Below are positions 1 through 10,283 of a DNA stretch of 59,495 nt, in pieces. Below the pieces are notes generated by a model. It saw only the letters and a list, made by a program, of their open reading frames with translations, was not told where the DNA came from and made no database searches. The translations under genes were made by a program, and so were the position numbers. The DNA comes from an uncultured virus (IMG/VR IMGVR_UViG_3300027754_005401) (Duplodnaviria; Heunggongvirae; Uroviricota; Caudoviricetes), in the IMG/VR virus record IMGVR_UViG_3300027754_005401; one strand, given 5' to 3'. The stretch's first letter is position 1; every line of letters begins with the position of its first letter.

Positions 1-420
1 GCAGCATTGTAGTATACCGTTTAAAACTCCAAGTTGAGCATCATGCCATTTTTTCTGAGTACCTAGATAAAGGTTCATCTTTTTTACTGATTCTAACTTT
101 GCATTTATTTTTGTAGCTTCTTTAATTCTTTGTTGAACATCACCTGGTTTATTTCCGCCTTGTTTCCCTTGTTTTTCTATAGATTTTTTATATTCATTTA
201 TAATACTTTCAAATTCTTTTGCAACATCTTCCATTCCTTCCGTGAAATTACCTATACCTTTTAAATCTTCGGCAATACTTTCAATTATTTTTTTTTCTTC
301 TTTTCGTTCTGGAACATATGAAGTGCCTCTTACCTCTTTAATATTAGACATAGCTGCTGCTACTTCCGCAAGAGAAGCTTCAATGTTTCTATTTAGGTTA
401 TCGATACCTGCATCTGCCAT
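1..420 (-). CDS. N-terminal part of a large helical protein running off the window (possibly tape measure)
   Basis: Translated by hand from ATG at 420: MADAGIDNLNRNIEASLAEVAAAMSNIKEVRG..., open to base 1. Not in the ORF track. Follows the gp2-like gene; tape-measure identity is a guess. Confidence 0.6.
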   Translation of the reverse strand, partial: MADAGIDNLNRNIEASLAEVAAAMSNIKEVRGTSYVPERKEEKKIIESIAEDLKGIGNFTEGMEDVAKEFESIINEYKKSIEKQGKQGGNKPGDVQQRIKEATKINAKLESVKKMNLYLGTQKKWHDAQLGVLNGILQCC

Positions 421-444
421 TAATTAGCCTTAAACATTATTATT

Positions 445-930
445 TTATAATCTAGTTATTTGATCAGCGTTTATATTTGTATTGTTATTTATTTGATTAC
501 TAACATCATTTCTAATAATACTTGCTTCTTTTGGTGTTAAAACTCTTGCAATTCCAATAATGTTTAAAAAAGCATCACAATCAAATATTTTAACGCTTCG
601 CATTCCAACTTTTTTATATTTCCTATAAGCTTTTATTATATATCCACTTCCTTTTACTAAATTGTATCCAAAGTTAGGATTTCCACAGGCATTGAATTTT
701 TTGCCAAGAAGTTCTTTTATTGTATAAAATGTTAATGCGTGTATGTTTAAGCCAGAAATATATTTAGTAGTAAGCTTAGTTACTATTATGGTAGGATATG
801 GGTCATGTTTAAAGAAGTCATATTTGAATGCAATTATAGAACCTTTTCCTAATGTTTTAGGCCCTAGTCTTTTAGTTGATTTACCAAAATCTTTTGGTAA
901 ATCTTTTGAATAGAAAGGATCTTCAGCCAT
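445..930 (-). CDS. T4 gp2-like DNA end protector protein
   Basis: GSIIAFKYDFFKHDPYPTIIV...GLNIHAL resembles the gp2-family motifs (F.YD..K...P...GLNLHY). Start moved to ATG 930 (MAEDPF) to avoid overlapping the upstream gene. Confidence 0.65.
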   Translation of the reverse strand: MAEDPFYSKDLPKDFGKSTKRLGPKTLGKGSIIAFKYDFFKHDPYPTIIVTKLTTKYISGLNIHALTFYTIKELLGKKFNACGNPNFGYNLVKGSGYIIKAYRKYKKVGMRSVKIFDCDAFLNIIGIARVLTPKEASIIRNDVSNQINNNTNINADQITRL

Positions 931-931
931 A

Positions 932-1441
932 TTAAAGACCAAATCCATTTTTGGAGTAAACTTGGTTTGAATAATCAGTACCAGTATTTCTAACAACGAT
1001 TGAGCCAGCTTTATCACCAGCAGATTGACCATCAATAATTTTTCCCATTAATTCATCTTCTGCAAATTTAGAGTGTTTGAAAAACTTTCTAATTTCCAAT
1101 GCAACTTCTTTAACTAATGTTTCAGTAGCTTCTTTTTTTTCAGCTTCGACATTACATATTTGATTGAATAAATCATTAATATCTAAAGCTCTAGCTAATC
1201 CATATGGTAAAGTTTCTTTTGTTTTGCAAACTTGAAATGACATAGTTTGACCATTTTCAAATATTCTAATTCCTTCAAAATCTAAATTATTCAAAGGATT
1301 AAAACAAAATATATATGGCTTTGATTCACCTAGAAAAGAATCTACTCTTAATCCATCTTTTTCAAGAATCTTTTTTACTAGATTAAGTCTTTCTTCTGTT
1401 TCTTTATGTTGTGCAAAGGCAAATTCTAAAAAAGTTTTCAT
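932..1441 (-). CDS. hypothetical phage protein with CTS-like N-terminus (MKTFLEF)
   Basis: 169-aa ORF tiled between neighbours. Confidence 0.75.
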   Translation of the reverse strand: MKTFLEFAFAQHKETEERLNLVKKILEKDGLRVDSFLGESKPYIFCFNPLNNLDFEGIRIFENGQTMSFQVCKTKETLPYGLARALDINDLFNQICNVEAEKKEATETLVKEVALEIRKFFKHSKFAEDELMGKIIDGQSAGDKAGSIVVRNTGTDYSNQVYSKNGFGL

Positions 1442-1444
1442 AGT

Positions 1445-2773
1445 TTAGCAATTTCTAAGCAACATTTCAGGTGCAGAAGGAATGCATCTTTGCAAAACTT
1501 TCAAATCACTTGGGTTGCCATTATAAGGTATAGATTTAATGTTAATACCAGTAAAAGAATAAGCAGCTTCTTTTACAATTTCTTCACTGGCAATTAAAAA
1601 TAGAACGCCATCTCTTCTTGCCATAAATTCTATATTTTGCTTAATAGGTTTTCCTGATTCATCAAGTTCACCAGTATCTTTTTGATATAATATTTTAACA
1701 TCAGAAGCAGTAATAATATTATTATCTTTATCAATAATCGCTTCTGAGTTTTCATTTTCATAAAACTGAACAATTATCTTGCCTTTGTTATATGCAGATT
1801 TCAATGCTGTAGAAAGATCTAATCCCAGCATGAATATAGTTCCATCTTCATTAACAACATTTACTAAAAAAGACCTTTTTTTAAAGAAGCTAGAAATGCT
1901 ATCAATTATAATTCTTTTTCTTAGAATATCTTTTTCTTCAGGTGCTCCATTTTCTAATCTTTCTATTTCTGAATCAGATAGATATTTTTCTGGTTCATCA
2001 GCAGTCATGAACCATCTTCCTAGATCAACAGATCCAAATTTAGAATTCATTCTAGTTGAAATCTTAATTGAATAATCTTTTTGATTAAATACTAAATCTT
2101 CATTTAAGCCACCAGATCCAACTTGAACTGATAACAGCAAGGAGGCTATGAATTTTCTATGTAGATCGCCTTTTAGTCCATGAAGTCCAATTAGCTTAAT
2201 GAATACATTTGCAACATCAGGAGAGCTTTGTAAGCTATTGATTATGTGGTTAGTCAAAGAAACAGAAGGATTGTTTTGATCTAATTCTTCTTTTATTAAT
2301 TTTCTAATTTCGTTAGATACTTTTTCAATATTAGCTTGTTGTCTTAAAAAGCAAATTTGAAGATTATCTTCAACAAACTTTCTACGATGTGGATCAAGAT
2401 CATAATCTCTTACTTTTTGAATCATATTAATAAGTTTGTTTGTATCGCCTTTAATAGTTTCTTTAAAGTAATCACTTTCCCAAGTATCATAATCAAAGTC
2501 TTTTGCTTCTTCTGGCATATCAGGAGAAGCTGGATCATTTGATGGATCTGGTTTATCTGCTGGTTTTGGTTCAAGTTGTTCAGGGGCACTACCAGAGATT
2601 TTATCATTTAAGTTTGCAACATTATTATCTTCTGATGGTGGCATTTTAGCTCCAGCACCTGGTAAAAATGCTTGTTGGGAATCTGATGGAACACCAGCAA
2701 GTGATTCAGGGCCACCGCCAACGACAGGATCTTGTTCATTAATTAGCCATGCTTCAAGAATCGATATATTCAT
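1445..2773 (-). CDS. hypothetical phage protein with acidic/Pro-rich N-terminal linker
   Basis: 442-aa ORF; N-terminus ILEAWLINEQ weakly resembles the head-protein tag. Confidence 0.8.
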   Translation of the reverse strand: MNISILEAWLINEQDPVVGGGPESLAGVPSDSQQAFLPGAGAKMPPSEDNNVANLNDKISGSAPEQLEPKPADKPDPSNDPASPDMPEEAKDFDYDTWESDYFKETIKGDTNKLINMIQKVRDYDLDPHRRKFVEDNLQICFLRQQANIEKVSNEIRKLIKEELDQNNPSVSLTNHIINSLQSSPDVANVFIKLIGLHGLKGDLHRKFIASLLLSVQVGSGGLNEDLVFNQKDYSIKISTRMNSKFGSVDLGRWFMTADEPEKYLSDSEIERLENGAPEEKDILRKRIIIDSISSFFKKRSFLVNVVNEDGTIFMLGLDLSTALKSAYNKGKIIVQFYENENSEAIIDKDNNIITASDVKILYQKDTGELDESGKPIKQNIEFMARRDGVLFLIASEEIVKEAAYSFTGINIKSIPYNGNPSDLKVLQRCIPSAPEMLLRNC

Positions 2774-3203
2774 TTTTTTCTTTATCCTTTACATTATTAA
2801 GAGCTTCTATTATGGAGCGTCTATCTGTAATATGTATGTGATTCGTTTGATTTGTTAAAGCTTTAGAGTTATTTTTTTCTTTAATTTTAAGAGAAGTTAA
2901 CAAATCTGCCATTTTAGTTTTTTTATCTAATATATCACTTTTAATTTTTGTTAAATTTACTACAGCTTCTTTAGAAGAGCTACTTACATCTCCTCCGTTA
3001 AAAACCATATCTGTAAAATTTGATAAAAGGCCATCTACTTCAATTCTATCAACTCTAATATCTTCTAATATTTCTCTATACAAACCTAGTAAATATTCAT
3101 CTCCAATTAATCCTGTGTATTCTTCAACGACAGGCTGTTTGTTTTCTATATTTACAATTTCTGGTACGATATTATCTACTTCGTCACTTTTAATTTCATC
3201 CAT
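2754..3203 (-). CDS. hypothetical protein (possibly small-terminase-like)
   Basis: 149-aa helical ORF; the tail TNQTNHIHITDRRSIIEAL is only loosely like T4 gp16 C-termini. Confidence 0.6.
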   Translation of the reverse strand: MDEIKSDEVDNIVPEIVNIENKQPVVEEYTGLIGDEYLLGLYREILEDIRVDRIEVDGLLSNFTDMVFNGGDVSSSSKEAVVNLTKIKSDILDKKTKMADLLTSLKIKEKNNSKALTNQTNHIHITDRRSIIEALNNVKDKEKNEYIDS

Positions 3204-3271
3204 AATAATTCACCTCTAATATTATTTACTTTAAATTAATATAAAATTAACAAATTTGCCATAAATATAAT

Positions 3272-3757
3272 ATGGTTTTAAAAAATAATAATAATAATGA
3301 TGCATTTCAAGCAAATTATAATTTCTTGCAACTTAGCGATTCTATTAAAGAAATTGCAGTTATGATTTCAAAAACTGATATTCATTTGGAAAATATAAAA
3401 GCTCAGCAATTTGAGTCTATAAAAAAAATCGAGAGAATTGAAGAATTTATGAATAATTTTTCAAATTTAGAAAATAAAATTAAAATTATAGAGCAAAAAG
3501 ATTTGGTTATTATTAATAAAGAAATTGATTATCTTAAATCTGAATTTGATAAAGCAAAAGATTGCATTGATGAGTTATTTAAAAAAATTGATAGTCATAA
3601 GACTAAGATATGGGAAGTTAAAGGAGACACAAGAGAAATTAAAGTTTTCAATGAAGATTTTAAAAGCAGGTTAAAGTTTATGGCAGATTTATTTTTTAAA
3701 ATTGCAATTGGATTATTCTTAAGTTTCGCAGCATATAAAATGGGATGGGAAAAATGA
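3272..3757 (+). CDS. coiled-coil protein with C-terminal transmembrane helix
   Basis: Heptad-rich body; LFFKIAIGLFLSFAAY tail; CATAAATA just upstream. Confidence 0.75.
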   Translation: MVLKNNNNNDAFQANYNFLQLSDSIKEIAVMISKTDIHLENIKAQQFESIKKIERIEEFMNNFSNLENKIKIIEQKDLVIINKEIDYLKSEFDKAKDCIDELFKKIDSHKTKIWEVKGDTREIKVFNEDFKSRLKFMADLFFKIAIGLFLSFAAYKMGWEK

Positions 3758-5031
3758 ATATATTTGAAAATGAAGATTACATGCCAAAAGTAAAATTACA
3801 GAAGAAGTCTACTGTTCCTTACTTGAAGCCATTTTTTGTAAATAGTCAGACTAATTCTGCTTTGCAGCCTATTATTGATAGTTTCAACAATTCTGATTCT
3901 GTAAATGTTGGGTATACGACTATAAAAAAAGATGGAGAGGAAGAATCTCCATCTTTGAAAAAGAAAACTATTTGGCTTACTGGAAGTTCTTTAAGAAATC
4001 ATTTATCAAATGAAACATTTTACAATTACACTTGTGTAACAAATGCTTCTCCAGATGAAATTAAAATGATTTTAAATCAATCAAGTTATGATTTTCAGCA
4101 AGTTAAACCTAAAGGAGAAATTGGAAATATAGAAAAATATAAAAATTTACCTGATGAAACTAATGATAAATATTTTTTTTATATAAGTAAAGTAGATGAG
4201 CAAAACAACGAAATGGAAGTTACAGCATCTGTTTCTGGAAATCTTGTTTACATAAGTACTTTAAACAGCAATATTAAATTTAAAATTGGCAATGATAAAC
4301 TTAGAAAATTTACTTCATCTATTTCTGAAGATGCAAAAGGAAGAGATTTTTCTGTTAATGCTATTTATTTAAAGCTTAAAGATTCAAATGGCAACAACAA
4401 TGATATTTCTGATCCTGTTGGAGGAATGCATGATATTGCCAACAATAATATTAAATTATTAAATTCAACTTCGTTTACATTTAAAACAAATCCAGCTTTG
4501 ATTATTACTTTTTGCGAATTAAGTTCAAAGTTTAATAAAGATAAAAAGATAGAAAGAAGTGATTTAGTTTCAATTAAAAAAAACATTGATAATTTTAAAG
4601 ATTATCCAAAACTATTTATTAGAACTTTAAGAAATTCAGTTAATAGTTCATCTACTCCAATATTTAGTTTTTTAAATAATCTTTATATTACTGGGATGTT
4701 TGGAAAAATGTTTTCAGGTCTTAAAATAAGTTTGCCTCACATGGGATTACCTAGATATTTTGATTTTGTAATTGGTTATTTATTACACGAGAATGAAAAA
4801 GAAAAAGTATCTATGGTTTTGTCTGAATTAGATTTTAATAAATTTGATATTAAAGAAGTTGAATTTACTATGGATTTAACAAAATGGATTAAAACAGAAG
4901 ACGATTCAATACTTAAATCTTTGCTTGATAATCAAAACAATCAATCTATAAATAAAATATACAATTATTTAAAATCTTTTGGAAAAGATGTTATTTTTAA
5001 GAATGCAGCTAAAAAATATTTAGAAATGTAA
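3754..5031 (+). CDS. CCA-adding enzyme/poly(A) polymerase family protein with degenerate catalytic motifs
   Basis: WLTGSSLRNHL..YNYTCVTNASPDEI, EDAKGRDFSVNAIY and DPVGGMHDI align with class II nucleotidyltransferase motifs (GGxVRD, DxD, EDxxRRDFTINA, DPxGGxxDL). Start taken at the ATGA overlap. Confidence 0.75.
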   Translation: MNIFENEDYMPKVKLQKKSTVPYLKPFFVNSQTNSALQPIIDSFNNSDSVNVGYTTIKKDGEEESPSLKKKTIWLTGSSLRNHLSNETFYNYTCVTNASPDEIKMILNQSSYDFQQVKPKGEIGNIEKYKNLPDETNDKYFFYISKVDEQNNEMEVTASVSGNLVYISTLNSNIKFKIGNDKLRKFTSSISEDAKGRDFSVNAIYLKLKDSNGNNNDISDPVGGMHDIANNNIKLLNSTSFTFKTNPALIITFCELSSKFNKDKKIERSDLVSIKKNIDNFKDYPKLFIRTLRNSVNSSSTPIFSFLNNLYITGMFGKMFSGLKISLPHMGLPRYFDFVIGYLLHENEKEKVSMVLSELDFNKFDIKEVEFTMDLTKWIKTEDDSILKSLLDNQNNQSINKIYNYLKSFGKDVIFKNAAKKYLEM

Positions 5032-5043
5032 TTATTTTAAAGT

Positions 5044-5892
5044 ATGCACTTTTTAACAATAGCAGAAGATACTCCTTATTATCAATGGCAAATTGAATTA
5101 TTAATTGAATCGTTCAAGATGAAAAAACTTGAAGACAAATTATTCATATATCTTATAAAGACTGAAAATTCAGTTGATGGTATAAAAAACAACATTAATA
5201 GTCATCCTAATTTATTTTATTACAATTCAGATAGGATAAAAACTTGTAGTTTAAATTTTGATTTTCATCAATGTATTTTAAATTATAGAAATAATTTTCC
5301 ACTAGAAAATTTTATGATTTTAGATACTGATAACTTATTAAAAAACATTGATGAATCTGATTTTAATTTACAAAATTTAGTTTATCAGATTGATCAAAAG
5401 GAAAACGATGAGTTGTCTTTAATATTAAAACTATCAAGAAGTAAATATAATTATAGTTTTTATCCTATGACATCGATTATTTACTTTAGTGCATTTTATT
5501 CATATGATTTTTTCAAATCTGCATTTTTAATACTAGAAGACTTAATTAAAATTTCTTTTTTTTGTAATATTGATAATGAAAAACATGAACCAGATTTAGA
5601 TTTATATAAATATTCTTATTTGATTCTTTCATTAATGTATAACATTAAAGTTAATCCTTCATATAAGCTTTTAAATTATGCATATGAAGGCACTGACATG
5701 GATGTAAATTTTATTTCTTACAAGCATGATGTTAAACCTTACTTTTATAAAAAAAATTACTTTCAAAAGGATTTTAAAAATCTATCTTTGAGTTATACTG
5801 ACCCATTTGAAAACATGTTAGATTTACCAGATTTTGTTGGTTGTTCTTTTATAAAAAGCATTGTTTTAAGTTATCAAAATTTTTCTGATTGA
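5044..5892 (+). CDS. putative GT-A glycosyltransferase (resembles peptide O-glycosyltransferases)
   Basis: FLTIAEDTPYYQWQIELLIESF plus DxD (ILDTD); start of the glycan cluster. Confidence 0.5.
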   Translation: MHFLTIAEDTPYYQWQIELLIESFKMKKLEDKLFIYLIKTENSVDGIKNNINSHPNLFYYNSDRIKTCSLNFDFHQCILNYRNNFPLENFMILDTDNLLKNIDESDFNLQNLVYQIDQKENDELSLILKLSRSKYNYSFYPMTSIIYFSAFYSYDFFKSAFLILEDLIKISFFCNIDNEKHEPDLDLYKYSYLILSLMYNIKVNPSYKLLNYAYEGTDMDVNFISYKHDVKPYFYKKNYFQKDFKNLSLSYTDPFENMLDLPDFVGCSFIKSIVLSYQNFSD

Positions 5893-6968
5893 GTTAAAGC
5901 ACTAGCTACTACTTGATCCATATTATAATATTGATATTTTCCTAATCTTCCGCCAAATATAATTTGATCATCATTCATTAGGCTAACATATTTTTCATAG
6001 ATTTCTTTATTTTTACTTGTTGGTACTGGATAATATGGTTCATTGCCTTCTTGAACATTATAATCCTGTGGATATTCTTTTGTTATCCATGATCCAGTTA
6101 CTGTTTCATCGTGAAAGAACTTAGATTCAAATATTCTAGTATAAGGTATTTTTTCATCTGTATAATTAATAATAGAATTTCCTTGATAATCATTTTTATG
6201 AAATGTTTCTTCAAATCTCAATGATCTATACTCAAGCAACCCATAAGAATAATTGAAATATTGATCTACCTTACCAGAGTAAATTATTTTCTTATAATTT
6301 TTTAAATAAAAGTTTTTGTTTTCAAAGAAATCTGTATTTAAAATAACTTTGATTTTTGGATTATCTAAAAGTTTTTCAAATATTTCAGTATATCCATTTG
6401 TTGGTATACCTTCAAATTTGTCATCAAAATATCTATCATTGTAATTTAATCTAATTGGTATTCTTTTAATTATAGAAACTGGTAATTCTTTTGGATCTTT
6501 ATTCCATTGTTTTTTCGTATATCCTTTTATAAAAATTTCATAAAGCTCTCTGCCGATATTTGCCAAACAAAATTCTTCTAAGTTTTTAGGATCAGCTATA
6601 CTTAACTTTTTATCTTCAAGGATACTCTTGGCATGGTCAGGAGTAATACAACCATAGACTTGATTTAAAGTAAAAAGATTTATTGGAAATGAATATAGTT
6701 TGTCTTCATAAATAACTTTAGTATGTTGTTTTTTATTGTTAAATTTTACAATTCCATTCATGTATGACCAAATTCTTTGATTGTTTGTATGGAATATATG
6801 AGGGCCATACTTGTGTACTGGTATATTATTTTTAATTTCAGTATAACAGTTGCCACCAAAATGATTTCTTTTGTCTAAGACATCTACAAAATATCCTTTT
6901 TTAGCTAATTCGCTAGCTAATACTGAGCCATAAAGACCAGAACCTACAACAAGAATTTTATGCTTCAT
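5874..6968 (-). CDS. glf: UDP-galactopyranose mutase
   Basis: VVGSGLYG FAD motif, GGNCY, HKYGPHIFHT, GYTKKQW, EPYYP, GRLGKYQYYNMDQ. Confidence 0.95.
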   Translation of the reverse strand: MKHKILVVGSGLYGSVLASELAKKGYFVDVLDKRNHFGGNCYTEIKNNIPVHKYGPHIFHTNNQRIWSYMNGIVKFNNKKQHTKVIYEDKLYSFPINLFTLNQVYGCITPDHAKSILEDKKLSIADPKNLEEFCLANIGRELYEIFIKGYTKKQWNKDPKELPVSIIKRIPIRLNYNDRYFDDKFEGIPTNGYTEIFEKLLDNPKIKVILNTDFFENKNFYLKNYKKIIYSGKVDQYFNYSYGLLEYRSLRFEETFHKNDYQGNSIINYTDEKIPYTRIFESKFFHDETVTGSWITKEYPQDYNVQEGNEPYYPVPTSKNKEIYEKYVSLMNDDQIIFGGRLGKYQYYNMDQVVASALTQSEKF

Positions 6969-7818
6969 ATAATTTAATCTCTTCTGTTATTTCTTTATTA
7001 TCGTTCATTACGAAATCATCAATTGGTTTTCTATAATTATTTTTAATAAGGTTTTTGTTCATAATTGGTCTTGAAACGCCTATTAAGATTTCAGGGCCTT
7101 TATTATTGTAAATTTTATCAAAGTATTCTAAATTAAAATAAACATTTGATGAAATATTTTCCATATAAATATTTAATTTTTTATTATATTTAGGATTTTT
7201 ATCACTTATAGAAAGAAGAGTTTTAAAACCTTTTAAATCAATATTAATATTTATTTTTCTTGACACATCTCTACAGATATATTTATTATTAGATTGATGA
7301 CAAAAAAACGAAAGAAATATTTCTAGTCCTTTACCAAAATTTTCAGTTGATATATTAAAATCAATAAAATTACTTAATATATCTTTTCTTACAGCAAAAC
7401 ATCTAGGGTCAGGACATTTAATAATATTAAGTCCATAAAATTTATTAATATTATAATTTAAAGGATCATTGAAGTAAAAATATTTAGAATAATTTAAATT
7501 AAAATCTAGAATACCAGCATCAAAATAATATTTATCAAAAAACCATTTTGTTTTTTTTATTAAGTATGGTATTTCTTTATATGCATCAAATGAACCATGC
7601 AAGAAAAAACATACTTCTTCTTTTTGACTTAACATTCTTATGAATAATTTTTTTAAATTTTTACTTTTGTAATTTATTATTTTAATTTTTTTACTTTTAA
7701 GCTTTTTGCTAAAATTAAATAAAGAAAATTTAATTTTGTGTTTTCTTAAAAAATTAATAAGATCATAATTTATTTTTTCATGTTTAAAACGAAATATAAT
7801 AAATCTTAATTTTATCAT
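6958..7818 (-). CDS. hypothetical protein (glycan cluster)
   Basis: 286-aa ORF overlapping its neighbours. Confidence 0.6.
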   Translation of the reverse strand: MIKLRFIIFRFKHEKINYDLINFLRKHKIKFSLFNFSKKLKSKKIKIINYKSKNLKKLFIRMLSQKEEVCFFLHGSFDAYKEIPYLIKKTKWFFDKYYFDAGILDFNLNYSKYFYFNDPLNYNINKFYGLNIIKCPDPRCFAVRKDILSNFIDFNISTENFGKGLEIFLSFFCHQSNNKYICRDVSRKININIDLKGFKTLLSISDKNPKYNKKLNIYMENISSNVYFNLEYFDKIYNNKGPEILIGVSRPIMNKNLIKNNYRKPIDDFVMNDNKEITEEIKLYEA

Positions 7819-8600
7819 TATTTTCTACTCAGTTCATATAGTATTTCATTCAAAGAGTCTTCAGTTTTGACTGGGTGAACAATAGAGAGTTGTTTATTAA
7901 TTTCACTTGCTTCTATAGGGGGCCTAAATCTCATCATGTATTTCTTATTCATTCCTTGCCAAGAAAAATCTTCTTCTTTGAATCTGGTATAACTAAAAAC
8001 ATTTAACTTGTTGTACATGCAAATAGTTGGAAGTAAGACTTCAATAACATCATATTGATGAAAATTTGGATAAAATCCTTGAGGCATAAGACTTGTGAAA
8101 TTTAAAAATTTTTCAAATATTTGATTACAAAGAATTTCCATTAAATTTCTTTTAATGAAATAACAACATCCTAAGATACAATAATAATCTTCAAAGCTTA
8201 CATCTAAACATTTTTTGAACATATCATCTTCGCAAAAAACATGTCTAAAATCATTTGCTATTAAGCTGTAATTTTCATTAATATATTGAAAATCATTTTT
8301 GAATTTTTCATTTAAAATAAAGTTATCAAACTCACTAAATAAATACCAATCTGCATTAGGAAAAAGTTCGTATGTTTTTTTCAAATTTAACATTACATTT
8401 TTAAATGGATTCCTTGCAGCAGTATGTTTGAATCCTTCTATTACATTAACATCAGAAAAGTAATCTAAAGGCCATTCTTCATAAGAAGTTCCTTCTATTA
8501 AAACTGAAATATCATGAGTAACATTCTTCTTTAGAAGATCAATATTTCTTCTTGCTAAAGATGGATCGTTATGAACATTTAAACTTGCAGCGAATATCAA
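7818..8600 (-). CDS. putative glycosyltransferase-like protein
   Basis: TTG start with GAGG RBS; FPNADWYLFSEFD resembles a GT-A DxD region; C-terminal HPVK as in GT31/fringe-like enzymes. Confidence 0.5.
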   Translation of the reverse strand: MIFAASLNVHNDPSLARRNIDLLKKNVTHDISVLIEGTSYEEWPLDYFSDVNVIEGFKHTAARNPFKNVMLNLKKTYELFPNADWYLFSEFDNFILNEKFKNDFQYINENYSLIANDFRHVFCEDDMFKKCLDVSFEDYYCILGCCYFIKRNLMEILCNQIFEKFLNFTSLMPQGFYPNFHQYDVIEVLLPTICMYNKLNVFSYTRFKEEDFSWQGMNKKYMMRFRPPIEASEINKQLSIVHPVKTEDSLNEILYELSRK

Positions 8601-8609
8601 TTTTTACCT

Positions 8610-9191
8610 CTATTTTATTATATTGCTTTTTAATACAATAAAATCAAATTTTTTCTTATTTAAATAATAAATTTTCCATTCATTAATATTTAAAAGGTAA
8701 TCTATTTTCTTAAAGAAATAATCATCTATTCCTTCTATAATAATAAATTTTTCTGGTTTAATATTATTAAATATAATATCATAAAAACTATCGCTATTAT
8801 TTTTTTTAATATAATTATTTATAAAAAGAAGATCTACGCTAATATTACATTTAAACAATATATTTTTTGAATTTTCATATAATAATAATTCAATGTCATC
8901 TATGTAATTAATTAATTCATAATAGCTTAAGTTAATTTCATCATCTATTTTTGCTAATAATTTTGGTTTTCCTGCAAGTAGTGCTATGCTTGGTAAATTA
9001 AAAAATGAATTTACTTGAAATACACTATCGCAATCTTCTGCTATGAGTTTTAATATTTTTAAATTTTCTTCATAGTCTTCTATTATGTCTTTTTCAATGC
9101 AATCACTATGAATGAATTTATAAATTGGGTCTTTGTATTTTTTAAATAAATTTAAATAAATATCAGTAATGTTTTTTATTTCTTGCACCAT
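8610..9191 (-). CDS. hypothetical protein, possibly degenerate methyltransferase fold
   Basis: 193-aa ORF; VDLLFIN resembles the DLLFID motif. Confidence 0.5.
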   Translation of the reverse strand: MVQEIKNITDIYLNLFKKYKDPIYKFIHSDCIEKDIIEDYEENLKILKLIAEDCDSVFQVNSFFNLPSIALLAGKPKLLAKIDDEINLSYYELINYIDDIELLLYENSKNILFKCNISVDLLFINNYIKKNNSDSFYDIIFNNIKPEKFIIIEGIDDYFFKKIDYLLNINEWKIYYLNKKKFDFIVLKSNIIK

Positions 9192-10270
9192 TTTTTTACT
9201 AAGTCTATGATTTTATCAACATCATTGTATTTTAAGTTATTGTGAACAGGTAAATTTATACCATTATCATAAAAGTTTTGACTCTGATCAAATGTTCCTA
9301 CACAATATTTTTTAAACTTTTTTATTGTATGTAATGGAGGAAACCTTAGCACTGTATAAACTTCATTTTTCAACATATATTTTGCAAATTCATTTCTGTT
9401 TTTAATAGTAACTAAATAAGAAAAATAAGATTCTTGTTTTGATTTATCATATTTTTGACATATTTTAATATTTGGTAATTTTTCAAATTCTTTTTGATAA
9501 ATTTCCCAAATTCTTTTTCTCTTGTTTTGATTTCTTGTAAGATTTTTTAATTGTTCTAAAGCAAAAATACAAGCAATATCATTTGGCATGTATTTTACAT
9601 TATTATTAATATAATCGAAATCCCACCACATTTTTTCTTGTGAATTTTTATTTCTTATTATGCCATAATTTCTAAATGCTAATGCTTCATTAAGTAAATC
9701 ATCATTAAAGCATACTCCTCCTAAATCTGGTGTAGCTATATTTTTTATAGAATCAAAGCTAAAACATCCTACATCTCCTATTGCACCAGCATAACTATTA
9801 TTAATTTTAGAATTAACTACTTGAGCAGCATCTTCTAAGATTTTAACCTTATAGTTCTTAAATGAAATTAAATCTTCGGTTATTTTACCACCATAATGAA
9901 CTACCATTATGCATTTAATTTTTTTATCAAATACCTTGTTTACAGTAGATAAGCTTAAATTTGCATCATGATCTACATCACAAATAACTGGCGTAAGATT
10001 CGCAGATAATATTGCTTGTATGCAGCCAAAAAATGTAAATGAAGGCAATAATACCTTATCCCCTTTTTTTAATTTCAATAAATGTAATCCTAAATGCAAA
10101 GCATTAGTACCATTATTAACAGAAATGAATTTTTTATTAATTCTTTCTGAGAATTTTTTTTCAAATTCCTCGGTGTACTTTCCAATTCCAATCCATCCAT
10201 TTTTTATACAATTTTTAACATCAGTTACTATATTTTTATAGTTGTGTTTTGAGCTAGAAACATTGATCAT
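9176..10270 (-). CDS. DegT/DnrJ/EryC1/StrS PLP-dependent sugar aminotransferase
   Basis: NNGTNALHL, VVHYGG, EDAAQ, GCFSFDSIKNI (PLP lysine), LPVH. Confidence 0.92.
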   Translation of the reverse strand: MINVSSSKHNYKNIVTDVKNCIKNGWIGIGKYTEEFEKKFSERINKKFISVNNGTNALHLGLHLLKLKKGDKVLLPSFTFFGCIQAILSANLTPVICDVDHDANLSLSTVNKVFDKKIKCIMVVHYGGKITEDLISFKNYKVKILEDAAQVVNSKINNSYAGAIGDVGCFSFDSIKNIATPDLGGVCFNDDLLNEALAFRNYGIIRNKNSQEKMWWDFDYINNNVKYMPNDIACIFALEQLKNLTRNQNKRKRIWEIYQKEFEKLPNIKICQKYDKSKQESYFSYLVTIKNRNEFAKYMLKNEVYTVLRFPPLHTIKKFKKYCVGTFDQSQNFYDNGINLPVHNNLKYNDVDKIIDLVKKWCKK

Positions 10271-10283
10271 GTATTAATATAAT

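Noticed and set aside
242..427. 61-aa plus-strand ORF in the track
   Set aside because: Antisense shadow of the longer minus-strand ORF starting at 420
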